Of a stretch of 64,000 nucleotides of DNA, positions 42,382 to 55,600 are shown one piece after another (position 1 is the stretch's first letter; every line of letters starts with the position of its first letter). Source of the stretch: Lingula anatina (taxonomy: Eukaryota > Animalia > Brachiopoda); contig CM120646.1 in NCBI GenBank assembly GCA_051362555.1, positions 22,134,001-22,198,000 on the forward strand, written 5' to 3'. Under the pieces are notes generated by a model that saw only the letters and a list, made by a program, of their open reading frames with translations, searched no databases and was not told the origin of the DNA. A program made the position numbers and the translations under genes.

Positions 42382-42438
42382 AGGATTTATAGCAAAATTT
42401 CAATCGTGTGTGTACATGTGTGTGTGTGTGTGTGTGTA

Positions 42439-42510
<72 letters not shown>
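42351..42510. repeat. poly(T), (TG)n and (AG)n simple repeats
   Basis: Direct observation. Confidence 0.95.
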
Positions 42511-42512
<2 letters not shown>

Positions 42513-43625
42513 TGTGTATTTGTGTGGGGAGTCTATGAGATAAAACATGGATCATATTATCAATTGATCATGTTGTGACCACAATTTTCCAAAATTTGAT
42601 TCGAAATGCGAAAAAAAAATTGAGATAGAGGGTGAAGCATGTACGATTTTAGTTATGAGAGAACCATCACCCAAGCTTCCCTGTGCGTCTTTGGCAAGGG
42701 GGCGGGTCCAGCATTATTTTAAGGGAAGTCCGAAACGACAGGCCTCGGATGCGAAGTGACTCATCATGACTCTTCCCACTAAATAACAGTATTACCCGTT
42801 TGAAATTCTATTTCAGGACCTCATTAGTTGTGTATGGTGTAGCTTTCTTCGTGAAATAGTACTATATGTAGGATGCTTTTTGTTTTGCTTCTTGTTTTGT
42901 CTGCTGTGAGTATGCGTGTGTTTGTGCAATTAATAACCTCTAGTAGACTTAAACGTTAACTATGCTGCAAATTAAAATGATGACTTACATGTGATGTTTC
43001 TTTTAAAAACTGTCGATTTTTAAATCGACTTATATTACCTAATGTCCTAAGTAAAGTAAGGTTGGAATCAGTCTAAAGGTAGGCTGGATTAAGACCATCA
43101 GAAATGACACACGACTAGTGAACTGGAAAGCCACATCTGTGCCAGTGACGTTATATGTGCACAATTTGTTACATGTTACCCTAAGGTATACATGTCCCTT
43201 GTTATCAAAATGAGTAAGCAGGTCAGGTCACCTAAGACTGATCAGGCAGTATAAGGAAGAGGAAGTAAGTACAAGAACAAGTTGAGTAGTTAATCAGAAC
43301 GACGTATTGTGGGTCATGGACCACATTCAGTGTCATAGTCAGTTTACTTTTGCTTGATTTATCTGATATTGCTGTTTACAGTCGACTGAGGGGATGATGA
43401 AGGGGGAAGAAGGAAGCACCTAAGAAGGTTGGAATCGAGCATGTGAAGCCTTTCTTTTTCCACCATTACAGTACGATATTTCAGTGATAAGTGCATCTGG
43501 TTATAACCGTAAGTCACCTTTAACATAACGTCATGAATGTATATCCATTTAACTGCACCGTTCCCTTTCTTGCCAGGGGTGAATTCAAGGGCTACGTGTA
43601 AAAAAGAGAAGAATACTTAGTAACC

Positions 43626-46600
43626 ATGGCGGTACTACCAGTGGTGGTTTGGTTTTATATTTCACTACACGGTAGGTAAGCAAAATCCCTACTTTACAAA
43701 TCAATTCATTTACTGGGAAAGGAAGAGAAAGGATTTTGAGGTCGCTGGGCCAAAGGATAATGACACAGTCGCGTTCAAAATAAACATTTGTCCGATCAAT
43801 CAATAAGGGATTTGCGGAAAGGTTTGTCATTGCATATAAAATGTTCGACCAATAAATAGAGTAGCTTTTGCCACCGTCTCAGTACATGCATTTGGTTGGG
43901 CTTTTCGTCATCACGTATGGATCACTCTTATCACTTACGAAATAACTATTTTAAATATTTTATCAAAACACGATTTGGCCTACCGGGGACTTTTGTGCTT
44001 TATAAACACTTCTTGGTTTTTTTATGTCGGGGAATCGTGTATTCCGTATGCAACACTACCTTGGTATCGGTTTCAGTTTTCTGAAGACAAAGGTGCCGTT
44101 TGTGAAACTTTGCTTACCGTCGTGTTATTATAATTGTTACAGGTATTTCATTAGCCATTACTGTCCGAAAATATGAAGGAGAGGTTGTTAATCTTTTCTG
44201 CCCAGACAACACAGCTAATAATTCTCTAATTTGGCAGAGAGGTGCCGTACAATTCGCGTCATGGGATACATTCAGTAGCACACATATCTTCAATACCATT
44301 CCCTCTCTACAGACACGTGGATCAATGGAGGCACAGACTGGGACATTAACCATTAACAGCCTAGTGGTGACAGATGGTGGGGTTTACTTATGTGAACTTG
44401 TAAACCCTTTATCGGGTTTGATAATTAATACACTGGAAACAACTTTGTCTATAGACGGTAAGTCAGTCAATGGTTATCCCTAAGTAAAAGTCCAGCTATA
44501 TGATTAGGATTATATGTTTAACCTGCGCTAGTAGATTTAGTTTATACAGAAACGAGATTTTTCCCTCCCGACCACTCCCTCCCTCCCACCCCGTCCGAGC
44601 TTCTACCGATTTTTCTGGATAATAAAAACGATACAGTCATTATGTTTGTTTCAATGGGTCAGTTCTTCACTCTTAAAGCTTGTGTTTTAGGATGTTTTAA
44701 TTTTAGAAAGATAAATATCATTGCAAGCTTCATGTATGTTAATCACATGAGTGCATGAACATGTGACAGTCACTGTCTCTTTAATTGTTGAGTATATCCT
44801 TCTTCAAATATAATTTTCAACAATGACTCGTATTTCAGTGAAACCCTCAGGTATGGCAGTTACTGGTTTGGGTAGCCTTATAGTGGAGAGAACATCTACC
44901 CGTGTTCAGTGTACTATAGGAAGGGTGCTTCTATCAGCTCCATATGACGTCTACTTCAAACAAGGAGATGCTACAGAGTACAAATTGACAAGTATATCAA
45001 CCTCCAGTAATTCTGATGGTACCAAGTCTGTCACAGCATCTGCATCTGTCCAGCTTGATAAGTCAGATAATGGGAAGCCATTCCAGTGTATTGTGAGGGA
45101 CAGAGGAGGAGGAGTTATCTTAGGATCTACCAGTGTTACTATGCAGGTAACATGTGCGTATCGGGTTCCAGCGCTCAATGCAGTACAACGTAGATAACAA
45201 ATATGTCTGAGCTACTGGTCAAAATCTATATAGGCTTAAAATATCCATAAACAATATAAACTTTAAAATATTTTATAACGTCATTTCCCCTAAACAGGAA
45301 TGACATCCCGACTTATGTTTCATATGGAATGGGAATTCAGCATGGTGCATTCTGTCACCGTACTGGACTTGAACTAAAAACGGACAAAAGTACAGAAGCT
45401 TATGAAACACATTGTTGTCATCACAATAATGTAATGTCCGTTTGTTCTAATGGTGTGCACACACTATTCAGGCTTACATTAGACAGTAATCAGAAGTAAT
45501 ACTCACTTTATGCTTATTCCAGATCTCCCAACATCAGTATCATTTTCGCTAGTTGGTAAAAGTACATCTGACCCCATCCAAGCAGGTGTCCAGGTTGTAT
45601 TCCAGTGTACAACACCAGATGGTAACCCAGCACCAATACTTCAGATATACAGAGGAAGTACTGCAGTATCTAATATAGGATCCTCACCACTGAGGTACAC
45701 TAGAACCATACTGGACACTGATAACCAAGCTGCATTTACTTGTAAAGCCACTACCACGGGACTTTCTGGAGAAGTAATGTCAAATATACTCAACTTGACT
45801 GAGATACATTGTGAGTTTATATATAATGAATGTATTCTTCTATATATTGTTATTTCATAAAAATGATTCACTATGTGGAAAATGCTGGAAATAGGTAATC
45901 TAAATTTTGTTTCAAATGTTTTATTAATAACTACGAAAATTGATTTAGTATATTTGTCTTTTTTCTCACTTACCAGATGTAAATATATACATATTAAAAT
46001 ATGTTTTTCCGATATATATAATGGGATGGGATAAATGATAATGGGATTGAAGCCACATGTATAATGGTATTAAAATCCTACTATACCTGTATATCTGGTA
46101 AGTGAAAAATATTACAAAATATGTCAAAGACATAAATATATATTTTAATATGTTTTCCCGGTATTTCGGTCTTGTGTGTATGCCTACAATGTACTATGTC
46201 GGGAAAATATGCTTACCCGTGTTATTGCAGCTTTAACATGGCCCAGTACGGTGAATCCTCCTCACTTCCATCAGATGTCCAACTGCCGTAAATATGGTAA
46301 AGATGGACCACTATAGATTGGCAAGTATTAGTTTGTTGTTTTCATTTTTATTGACTTATAGTACTTTTTTTTTTTTTAATAATTTCAGATAAGCCAGCAG
46401 TCGCAGTAACAGTTGAGGGTAATCCGGTGACAGTGGCCGAAGGGGATGACGTCACGTTACAATGTGCTGCACATGGCAACCCTCCTGTATATACGGATTA
46501 TAAGTGGACACATATTACATTTGGTAGTCCGGATACTGAACTAGTGTCCACTGGGAGAGAATTGGTGTTGTCAAGTGTCACATATCTTGACAACGGTGAA

Positions 46601-49600
46601 TACGTTTGTGGTGTTAGAAACAGCGTAGGGCAAGGGTTGGGAAGGAAGAAGCTGGACGTATTGTGTAAGTAATGGGATATAATAGGATATGATATGAATG
46701 CAATATATGGTATCCATATGTGCTGAGAGTGTAAAAAAGTAATGTGAATTTAATTTGAGGTAAAAAAATAACTTAGTTGTGAAATTCATATCTTACATGT
46801 AAATGAATTTTCAATTAAATGTTTAAAAACAGTTAGATATAAGTGATTATTTGATAAAATCATTTCAGATTCACCAAGGATCGCGGTGGAATCACGTATA
46901 GTTGCTGCATCTATCGGCGAACCAGCCACATTGTCTATATCAGTTACAGCTTACCCAGCTAATGCTAAGTTTACCTGGAAGAAGAGTAACGGTGATAAGA
47001 GGCTGTCAGTTGTAGGCGGTATTGTCCTTACTGATCCAAGTTCATTGAAAAGTAAACTATTTATTCCCAGTGTACAAGGAAGTGATTACGGACAGTATGT
47101 GTGTGCAGTGTCACACACAGTGGGTAACCGGGAATTTACTTTTGAAATCAGACCAAAAGGTACATGAAAATAATTATTTGACAGTGTAAATCATAACTTG
47201 CGTGATGTTTGGAATCCGTAAAACGATACAAATATTAATATTGACATATGGATTTTCTTTAATTCATTTATTGGCATTAGAGAATCTAACCATAACATGT
47301 TCGTTTTTAATCTGCATGAACATTTTTCACACGTTGTGTCCGATATCAATGAACACTTTACATTTTAATTAATGCCAGGACCCCCAGAAAGACCCACAGA
47401 TTTCAGAATATCAAGCTGGACGTCAGCACATATTCGTTAAGCAATACTCACATTATATTTTGTGTATGCTGCATTTAATACCCGTGAATGTATTTTTACC
47501 TTTTATTTAACGTCAGGTCCCCCAGAAAGGCCCACATATTTCAGGATATCAAGCTGGACATCGGTTTCCGTCACATTAACCTGGATGTCCGGGTTTAACG
47601 GAGGCAGTAATCAGTCATTTCACATCCAGTACAAGGAGACGTCTAGAACTCGGTGGCAAAAGGATGATCGACTTGTCTTCCCTGATCCTGGTTACCTGAA
47701 AACATCCAAGGCAAAAGTACCCAACCTCAAACCAACCACGTCGTATGATTTTCGTTTGGTTGCTATCAACAAACACCCGTCCACCAATAGCAGTGGCTTT
47801 ACTGGTGCTTTTACACAGAAAACAAAAGGTAGTTTTTGTTGTTTAAACGTTGTCCAAAAGCAAGAATGTGGCTTTGGATAATTTCAGAAACAGTGCCTAA
47901 TTTCGCTATGAACCACACATTAAACTTCCACGTGATTTACAGTTCATACCCCAAATCTATCAAACTATGAGGCAATTAAGAGTGTCTTTACTGCTCTGTA
48001 TTGAAGAAGTTGTAAAATAAAATATCGAGGTATATATGCAAATAAACTCAGTTAAAGGTACATACGAACCGAGCATCGGTGGAGCGTGGATTCCCAGTAA
48101 CACAATAAAACCACTTCTACTAGATTCTTATATGACTCAAATAAATTTGACATGCCAAGGGATAAACTGAATAGATCACTTGATCAGCTATAAAAGACCT
48201 TTAGACTGCTCCTTTCTTTAAATTTTTGGTTGTAAATTTAACCTACTTACGTGACCTACTTTACTGCCCCATTGACATACAGCTTAGAATGCCAGCAGAA
48301 AAATCTGTTCAAACATCATTTTCGGGTAAAATTAAACAATGCCTTTTGCTAATTCTCTTAGTTATACTGCTTGAAACTATATGCTGGCATTTGGTTGGTT
48401 TTTGTGACAAAAAATTGACTTTGTATGCATCTTTAATGACTTAGCAATGCGTCGTATATTCTATGAAATAATGGCTCCTTTTTTTCAGACAGACCTAGCG
48501 TTATAGGCGATAAATTATCCGTCTCCATCACACCCACTGTGGCTACTGTTATTTGGACAATATCAAGTGGAATCGAGGACATCACCAGCTACGTGGTTAA
48601 ATACTGTGAGAGGGACACTGTGGTATGTAACAGGCAGAGAGTGACAAACTGTACAGCAACCTCCACCGTCATAACCCTAGATGAAGGATTCCAAGACTAC
48701 ACGTTCTCACTGCTGATTTATGAAGAAGATGATCTGGTTAAGGTTATAGATCAACCCACATCAGGTGAGAACGGTGTCAAAAACGTTAACTTACTAAAGC
48801 AAAGTGATTGCTTCATGGAAACATGCATATGTCAAATACTTGTTTTAATCCATTGTTTAATAGCCAGCAAGTTGACAATTTAATTTTCTACTTACACACA
48901 AAAACATAACCCTCTTTTTCTGTTGAAAAACTTGATATCTACATGTTCGAAACTGTTATCCGATAGCACAATTATTAAAAGACAATTGCTGTTATATCTA
49001 ATACCTGTTATTTACCAAAACACTTGCATCATGTATGCAGACCCATCCCCAGTCCAACAGCAAGTGGGCGTGATAGTTGGCATTGTGGTTGCTGTACTCG
49101 TGTTGCTCATATTGGCCGTGATAACTGCAATTGTTATTCGTCGCTTCAGAAAGTCGAAAAGTGGAAGTGGTTAGTTTTATTTTCTTTTGTCAACTCAGTA
49201 TAAATAACATATTTTAGTTAAAGAACGAGCGACAGCCTGAGAATATATTGTACCGCAAAATGTCTCAGTTCAGAAAACATTGAAAAAAGCGTCTTATCAC
49301 ATAACTAGAATGGAAGTTGTGTAAGAATTCATGGAAAGATTCATCACATAAAATTCAATTTGACACTTTTAATTTATCCCAAACCATTAGATGTACCTAA
49401 TCGAGAGACAGCAGCGACAGGTGTGATAACTGAGATGAAGGACCTAAATTCTCAACCGCAAGTGGTGAGTAGAATGCGAGTTTTAGTGTTTGAAAACAAG
49501 ATTGTTTTGTGTGTCTCCGTTGTAAGACTGCGTTTCTACAGTCAGTGTCAATGTTTAGATGTTGGTATGATTTTATTTTCTCTCTTGAGTATCTGCTCCA

Positions 49601-49882
49601 AATATGCCACAGTTGTTCATTTCCTTTAAGGTTATATAATGGCTATCCATATCCGTGCTTTTAGCAATCAGTGCCTCGTTGGCCAGATGCAACTGTGGAC
49701 TTGTAGTCATATTTCGTGAGGGTGTGGGTTAGAACTTTCATATCGTAAACAAACATCTGGTCACTAATTTTCAAATTTTTCAGAGGCCCCCGGCCACGGA
49801 AAGCAGTATCTATGATGTTCCTGACCATCAAGCAAGTCAAGCACCAATCTACACAGACCTTCGGCCTCCTAGCGTTATGTGA
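43626..49882 (+). CDS. Gene B: kinase-less type I membrane IgSF receptor (SP-V-C2-C2-I-I-FN3-FN3-TM-short Tyr tail)
   Basis: Exons 43626-43671 (MAVLPVVVWFYISLH), 44143-44457 (V), 44839-45153, 45523-45810, 46389-46664, 46869-47159, 47517-47828, 48489-48764, 49041-49169 (TM), 49391-49464, 49784-49882 (RPPATESSIYDVPDHQASQAPIYTDLRPPSVM*); all GT-AG and in frame; AATAAA signals near 49980-50020. Confidence 0.9.
47379..47440 (+). other. Partial duplicate of the FN3 exon 5' end with an intact acceptor and in-frame stop (candidate alternative terminal exon)
   Basis: gccag|GA CCC CCA GAA.. gives GPPERPTDFRISSWTSAHIR*. Confidence 0.55.
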
Positions 49883-51343
49883 TGGGTCCTGACAAGAAAT
49901 ATCAGAAGCGATAGTGAACATTCCTCAAGTTTGTGAACATTGCTGCCTTTTTACCATGACTTCGAGACACAACAGTATGATAAATAAACCAATAAATAAA
50001 AAAAATAATGAATAAATAAATAAACAACTGAAAATATCTTGATTGATTCCATTCTATGTTCAATTAAATGGCATCTATCATCATATCAATAACTGTATTG
50101 TTGAACGTGCATCACAGATTCACAACATTTAGATTTTATTTATTTATTTCTTTTTTTTTTTTGAAAACAACGATGGTTGAGTGCACTTTGGATAATAGCA
50201 GAATAACTTGTCATGCATGTTTATATTTAGAATTTGTACACTTCCAATAGGATAGAAGTCAATATGCCAATAGCTTTTAAAGCAAACTGATACTCTACTA
50301 GCCAGCACTTTGTCTATTATAAAAAATATATATAATACTAATGTAAAAACCGAGTATGAAAATCGACAACATTGTCCGTGAGATCCAATTGCCATAAATA
50401 ACTACTGATTGTGCACATAAAATAAGAGCATGCTCCACCCTGAGCCTCTCTACATAAAAAACACCCAATGCCCCAATAGCATTTTGGAGATCGGGTATTC
50501 TGAGATTCGGTTAAGTTGCGTTTTCATGTTGACTCATCTTGATGGATTTTACGGAAATGCTTCTTATATAACACTGCATTGTCTTTTTTATTTATTTATT
50601 TATCTATTTATTTATTTTAACACTGTTATTTAAGTCTTGCAAAGTGTAAATGTAGTAGTCGGGTTGTCCTTCAATATACTAGGTCATACCGTGTATATAC
50701 CAGTGCATATCTGTAGGTTAGGGCTGTTGTAACCTCCATGAAACCAAACAATTTTTGAGGGGGGGGGGAGAGAAAAATGCCGGCATCTTTGGAAACATTC
50801 GGTTTCTTTTCGCAATTTAAACGTAAAATTAATTTTATCGAAAACAAAAAACAAGTCTTTTGTGCAAGTCGCAGGAACGGTGTCAAAGGAATGGTAGTCC
50901 TAGTAACACAAGTCTGACTGGACACTAAGCAGGAATGTATGTTCACTAGTAATACAAGTCCCATCTTAAAAAAATAAATAAATAAATAAAAAATTAAAAA
51001 ATTAAAAAAACAGGAATGTGGGTCCCATGAGGACTACCATCGTACCTAGGAACCGACTTGCGTTACTGTTAAAACGGTTTAGTTGAACATGCGTTATTAC
51101 ATACACCGCTGCAAAGAAAAACATAAAACATGTGCTTTGCAATCAATGGAAGGTCACTTTCCCTTGTAGTCATTTCCGTTTCTTTGTTTTGTCTTTTTGG
51201 AAGATAGGGAGCCCCCGTTATGTAATAAGGCATATATTAACCCTACGATTAAAATATATTAAGCTTTATGAGGCCTTATATTGAATGATTTCTCCTATTG
51301 TGAATATACGTGTATATATATGTAAATATAGACACTGGCATAA

Positions 51344-51344
51344 A

Positions 51345-51413
<69 letters not shown>

Positions 51414-51431
51414 AGAGAGTGAGAGAAAGAG
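51344..51431. repeat. (TG)n(AG)n microsatellite
   Basis: Direct observation. Confidence 0.95.
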
Positions 51432-52621
51432 AAAATGGCTACGTTAGGTCAGACTATTATTTTATTTCCAATATGGGAATTAAAATGGTATATATTTTAT
51501 ATTTATTCTAAAAGTAATGGATATTTCCTGCAAAATTCTAAATTTAAAAGTATAATATACACCCCTAGCAAAAAAGTGTCACCACTACCGCAATTATATA
51601 CATTGCTACAAGGGTACGCAAAGTGCCACTATCACTTTACAAATAAACATTGAACTACCTGGTGTTACAAATGAAATACCCCGACACTAAAAGAGGTCAT
51701 GCATGCTCACTAATCTTAAGTGTCACAAAAGTTAAGATATTGCGTGAGTATTAAGGAATTTTAATTAAGGATGGTATTTTAAGGGATCTTCCTATTATTA
51801 GAACATTCCTCTACATCTTACCTATTCTTTCTACGCGGAATAATTGCGCATTTTGTGCCATATAAATATACAAATATACAAATAATATTTTCACACCGAG
51901 GTCTAAGAATGTGCAGTTTATCAGTGAGGTCAATCCACCTGCTTACAACTAAGACGCGGAAGTGGGTCACAGAAAAATATTTTTAGCACTGAAAAAGTTT
52001 CTTTAGGAAGTAGAGGGATGTGTGTATGCGTGTGGTATATAGTGCGCTTGGAAACATTGACCAGTTGTGATTTTGAAGAGGACTAGGTTCCAGATTGTCT
52101 GACTTCCTGTTTCAACATGTAAGTTTATTATCAACACGGCGTTTATAATGAAATGGTGACACCCCATCTCTTCGTTCGGCCAATTATAATTTCGACTAAT
52201 TTATGATTAGTACGACATGGCCAATTATTACACACGGATAGTTTGCTTCATAAATTACAAATTAAATATTGATGCCTCGATGCACTGATTGAAATTCTTG
52301 CTTATGTCTTGCACGTAACCCTAAGAAACATGTATGTTTGCAGAGAACTGCATTTAATTCGCCATCATAGAGACCGCGGAATAAGGTGTGGAGGGGAATC
52401 AGACGCTTATAATTCGCAAGAAAGAGTAATAAAAATATGCTTTGAATAGTTCTTTGGAGTTATCAATAGAAACGCATTTATTAGAAATTAATGTTCCTGC
52501 ATGTATATTGCACTTGTGCACTGATAGGTACTTCGATCTGAATTCATATTGTTTACATGTTAATTCATATTCGATGTAATTTGATTCAACCACCATTTTT
52601 GATGTTACATTTCAGAATAAG

Positions 52622-55600
52622 ATGGTGAAAATCCACCGAAGTCTGACAGCTGAACTTGGAATTTTATGGGTGCTCAGTATTCCGATTCTAACAGGTTACT
52701 TAGAAAAATAATTAACATTTGGAATAATGTCAGAGAAGTTATTAAGTATCACTGGAAATGCATGTTTTTTTTTTTTAACTAACTGTCTACACAGTATTAA
52801 TCTGAAAAACAATCAAAGCACTGTTTCATTTGCGCCAATTTGTCCATAAAATATCAAGTGTGCTGTAGAAAATTATAAACCATCCAAGATGAATTATTTA
52901 GTTTCTATTTAAATGAGCATAATTCATAGAGTTGTGAGGATTCTTTTGTCTATAGCTACTTATATTTGTCTGATCTTACCATCAATATTTCATCTGCTTG
53001 CAGTCAGACTTCATCAGGGAATGAGGTTGTGACAGGTATGACAACCTATCACCCCCTCTGGTGTGCTATTTGGTCAGTCCTCCCCCCTTGCCTGCCCCTG
53101 ATGAAGTCTGACTGCAAGCATATTGGATGGTAAGATCAGACAAATATAAGTAGCTATAGACAAAAGAATCCTCACAATCTATTACAATAACATGGCTAAT
53201 GGAACAGCATAATTCATATTTTTACTCCTGGTATTGTTTGAGTATAAGTTCAACTGGCACCATGCATGGTTCTAATTACAGGTGCAGTGCCATGTGATGA
53301 CGTCATTCAAGTCACCCTGCCCTCATCTCACTTTGTACGCACCGGACAGAATGTCACACTGCAGTGTACATATACTCCTGCTGCAACATCAATTGGTGAT
53401 AGATACCGAGTGAAGTGGCAGAATAATTCACAGGCATATGAACTGGATATTTTACCTGGTATCAGGACAACTGTTCTACAGCCAGCATGGAATGAAAGGT
53501 TGTCGTTCCAGTCTCCAGCCTCACTTGTCATCAGTGGTGTCACTGTCGCAGATTCTGGGGCCTACACATGTGGGGTGATGATACTCATTATAAACCCTGC
53601 AATATGTGACACAGCAAACAGTCGATACTTTACGAAACGGACAACTCTTTCTGTTCTGGGTAAATAAATAGGATTTATTTTAACTCTGTTATTATCACTA
53701 ATGTTTTGCAAATATTACTTATAGTTTATTCATAAAAAGTAAAATGGTCAACCTTTTGACCCTTGTGTTGGGAGGTAGTCTGACTGTGGTCAGATGGTTA
53801 ATAAAATCAGTGCAACTAAGCTTTCTATGTTCAGCATATGATAATGATGTTGTGTAAGGTTAACTATCAGAGGGCTTATAACTGTAAAAGTAACGCTATA
53901 GCTATCCTACATTTTGTGTAAACGTAATCACTATATGCCATTGAGAATCACCCCCTCTCAGCTCCAGTTGGAGGTGTCTCTGTAACCCGTTCACGTGCCA
54001 CAGGACATGATGTGACCATGGGAGACACCGCATATCTGAGTTGCATAACAGCTTCAGGGAAAACACCTATAACATACACATGGCTCCTGAACAATACACC
54101 ATCACAGCAGACTAGCAGGGAGTTGACGATCATCAACATACAACCAAACCAAGCAGGACCATACACGTGTAATGCCAGCAACCCTGTATCATGGCAACAG
54201 TCTGACACGTTCACATTTAATGTATTATGTAAGTGCCACTTTGTATAATGCTGTCAGTACTGTGCCGTCTCAAAAGTACAGGCTACTGGTCAAATTTTTA
54301 TCAAGTTATTTTGTTATCGAGTTGCCAGAGTTTTTCTCTTCTTGTCGGTGTCGGATGTATTTTAGACCAAAATCAAGCACTGTGGACACAGGCATGCTTG
54401 AATGCAGTTTAGTCCCAACTCCGTTTTGAAGTGCACTCACTCGTGAAACAATTGTAGTCAGAGCCATTTATAGACTAACAGCAAGCAGCCATTTGCAGCA
54501 CCTAAACGTTCGTCAGATTGTTCGGACTGACCTTTTTCCACATAATATTCTGTATATCAGTCATTAAAACACCTTGTATTCACTGTTGCTTGTACACTGA
54601 CAGCTACTTAATTGCCTGAATGAATTCCTCGCATGTTGCCTTCGTTTTCTTTTATACATTAAAATATAAACGAAGTGCTGATTGGTTCAAAATGGGAAGT
54701 AGGGGAAATGAACCAATCTTAAACCTAGGTTTCAATTACCTTTGCATTGAGCTTATGCACAGTTATGTGACGTGTAAGAACAGCAAAACTTGTCCTCTTG
54801 TTTATATCGGACGTAAAAATGTGAAAATAATATGGGCTTTTTTCCCTATTTGTGCCATTTTAGGTGGGTGGAGTTTGAGAAACAAATAATCAAAAATATT
54901 CTGCCTGGTACTACTGCTTTTACTGGGGAACTCTAATGATGTTTTCATTTGCTTTTATTATTCATATCCAGATTCCACAGTTACGACACATAAAACTTCA
55001 TTTTATATGTTACTTCTAGACCTTCCAACATCAGCATCATTATCCCTGGTTGGTAAAAGTACATCTGACCCCATCCAAGCAGGTGCCCAGGTTGTATTCC
55101 AATGTACAACGCTAGATGGTAACCCAGCACCAATACTTCAGATATACAGAGGAAGTATTAATGTATCTAATACAGGATCCTCACCACTGAGGTACACTAG
55201 AACCATACTGGACAGGGATAACCAGGCTACATTTACTTGTAAAGCCACTACCACGGGACTTTCTGGAGAAGTAATATCAAATGTACTCAACCTGACTGAG
55301 ATACATTGTGAGTTTATATTTAATGAATGCACTCCTCTATATATTGTTATTTGATAAAGTTGATTCACTATGTGGAAATGCTGGAAATGGGTAATCTAAA
55401 TTTTGCCTTATATTTTGTTTCAAATGATTAATTATTGACCACGAAAATTGATTTGGTATATTTGTCTTTGACATATTTAGTATTTTTTCTCACTCACCAG
55501 ATGTAAATATATAAATATTAAAATATATTTTCCGATATATAATGGGATGGGATAAATGATAATGGGATTGAAGCCACATGTATAATGGTATTAAAATCCT

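Noticed and set aside
51557-51600. Tc1-like TIR fragment (tacacccctagcaaaaaagtgtcacc)
   Set aside because: Resembles the 14122 TIR but no partner end or transposase was found
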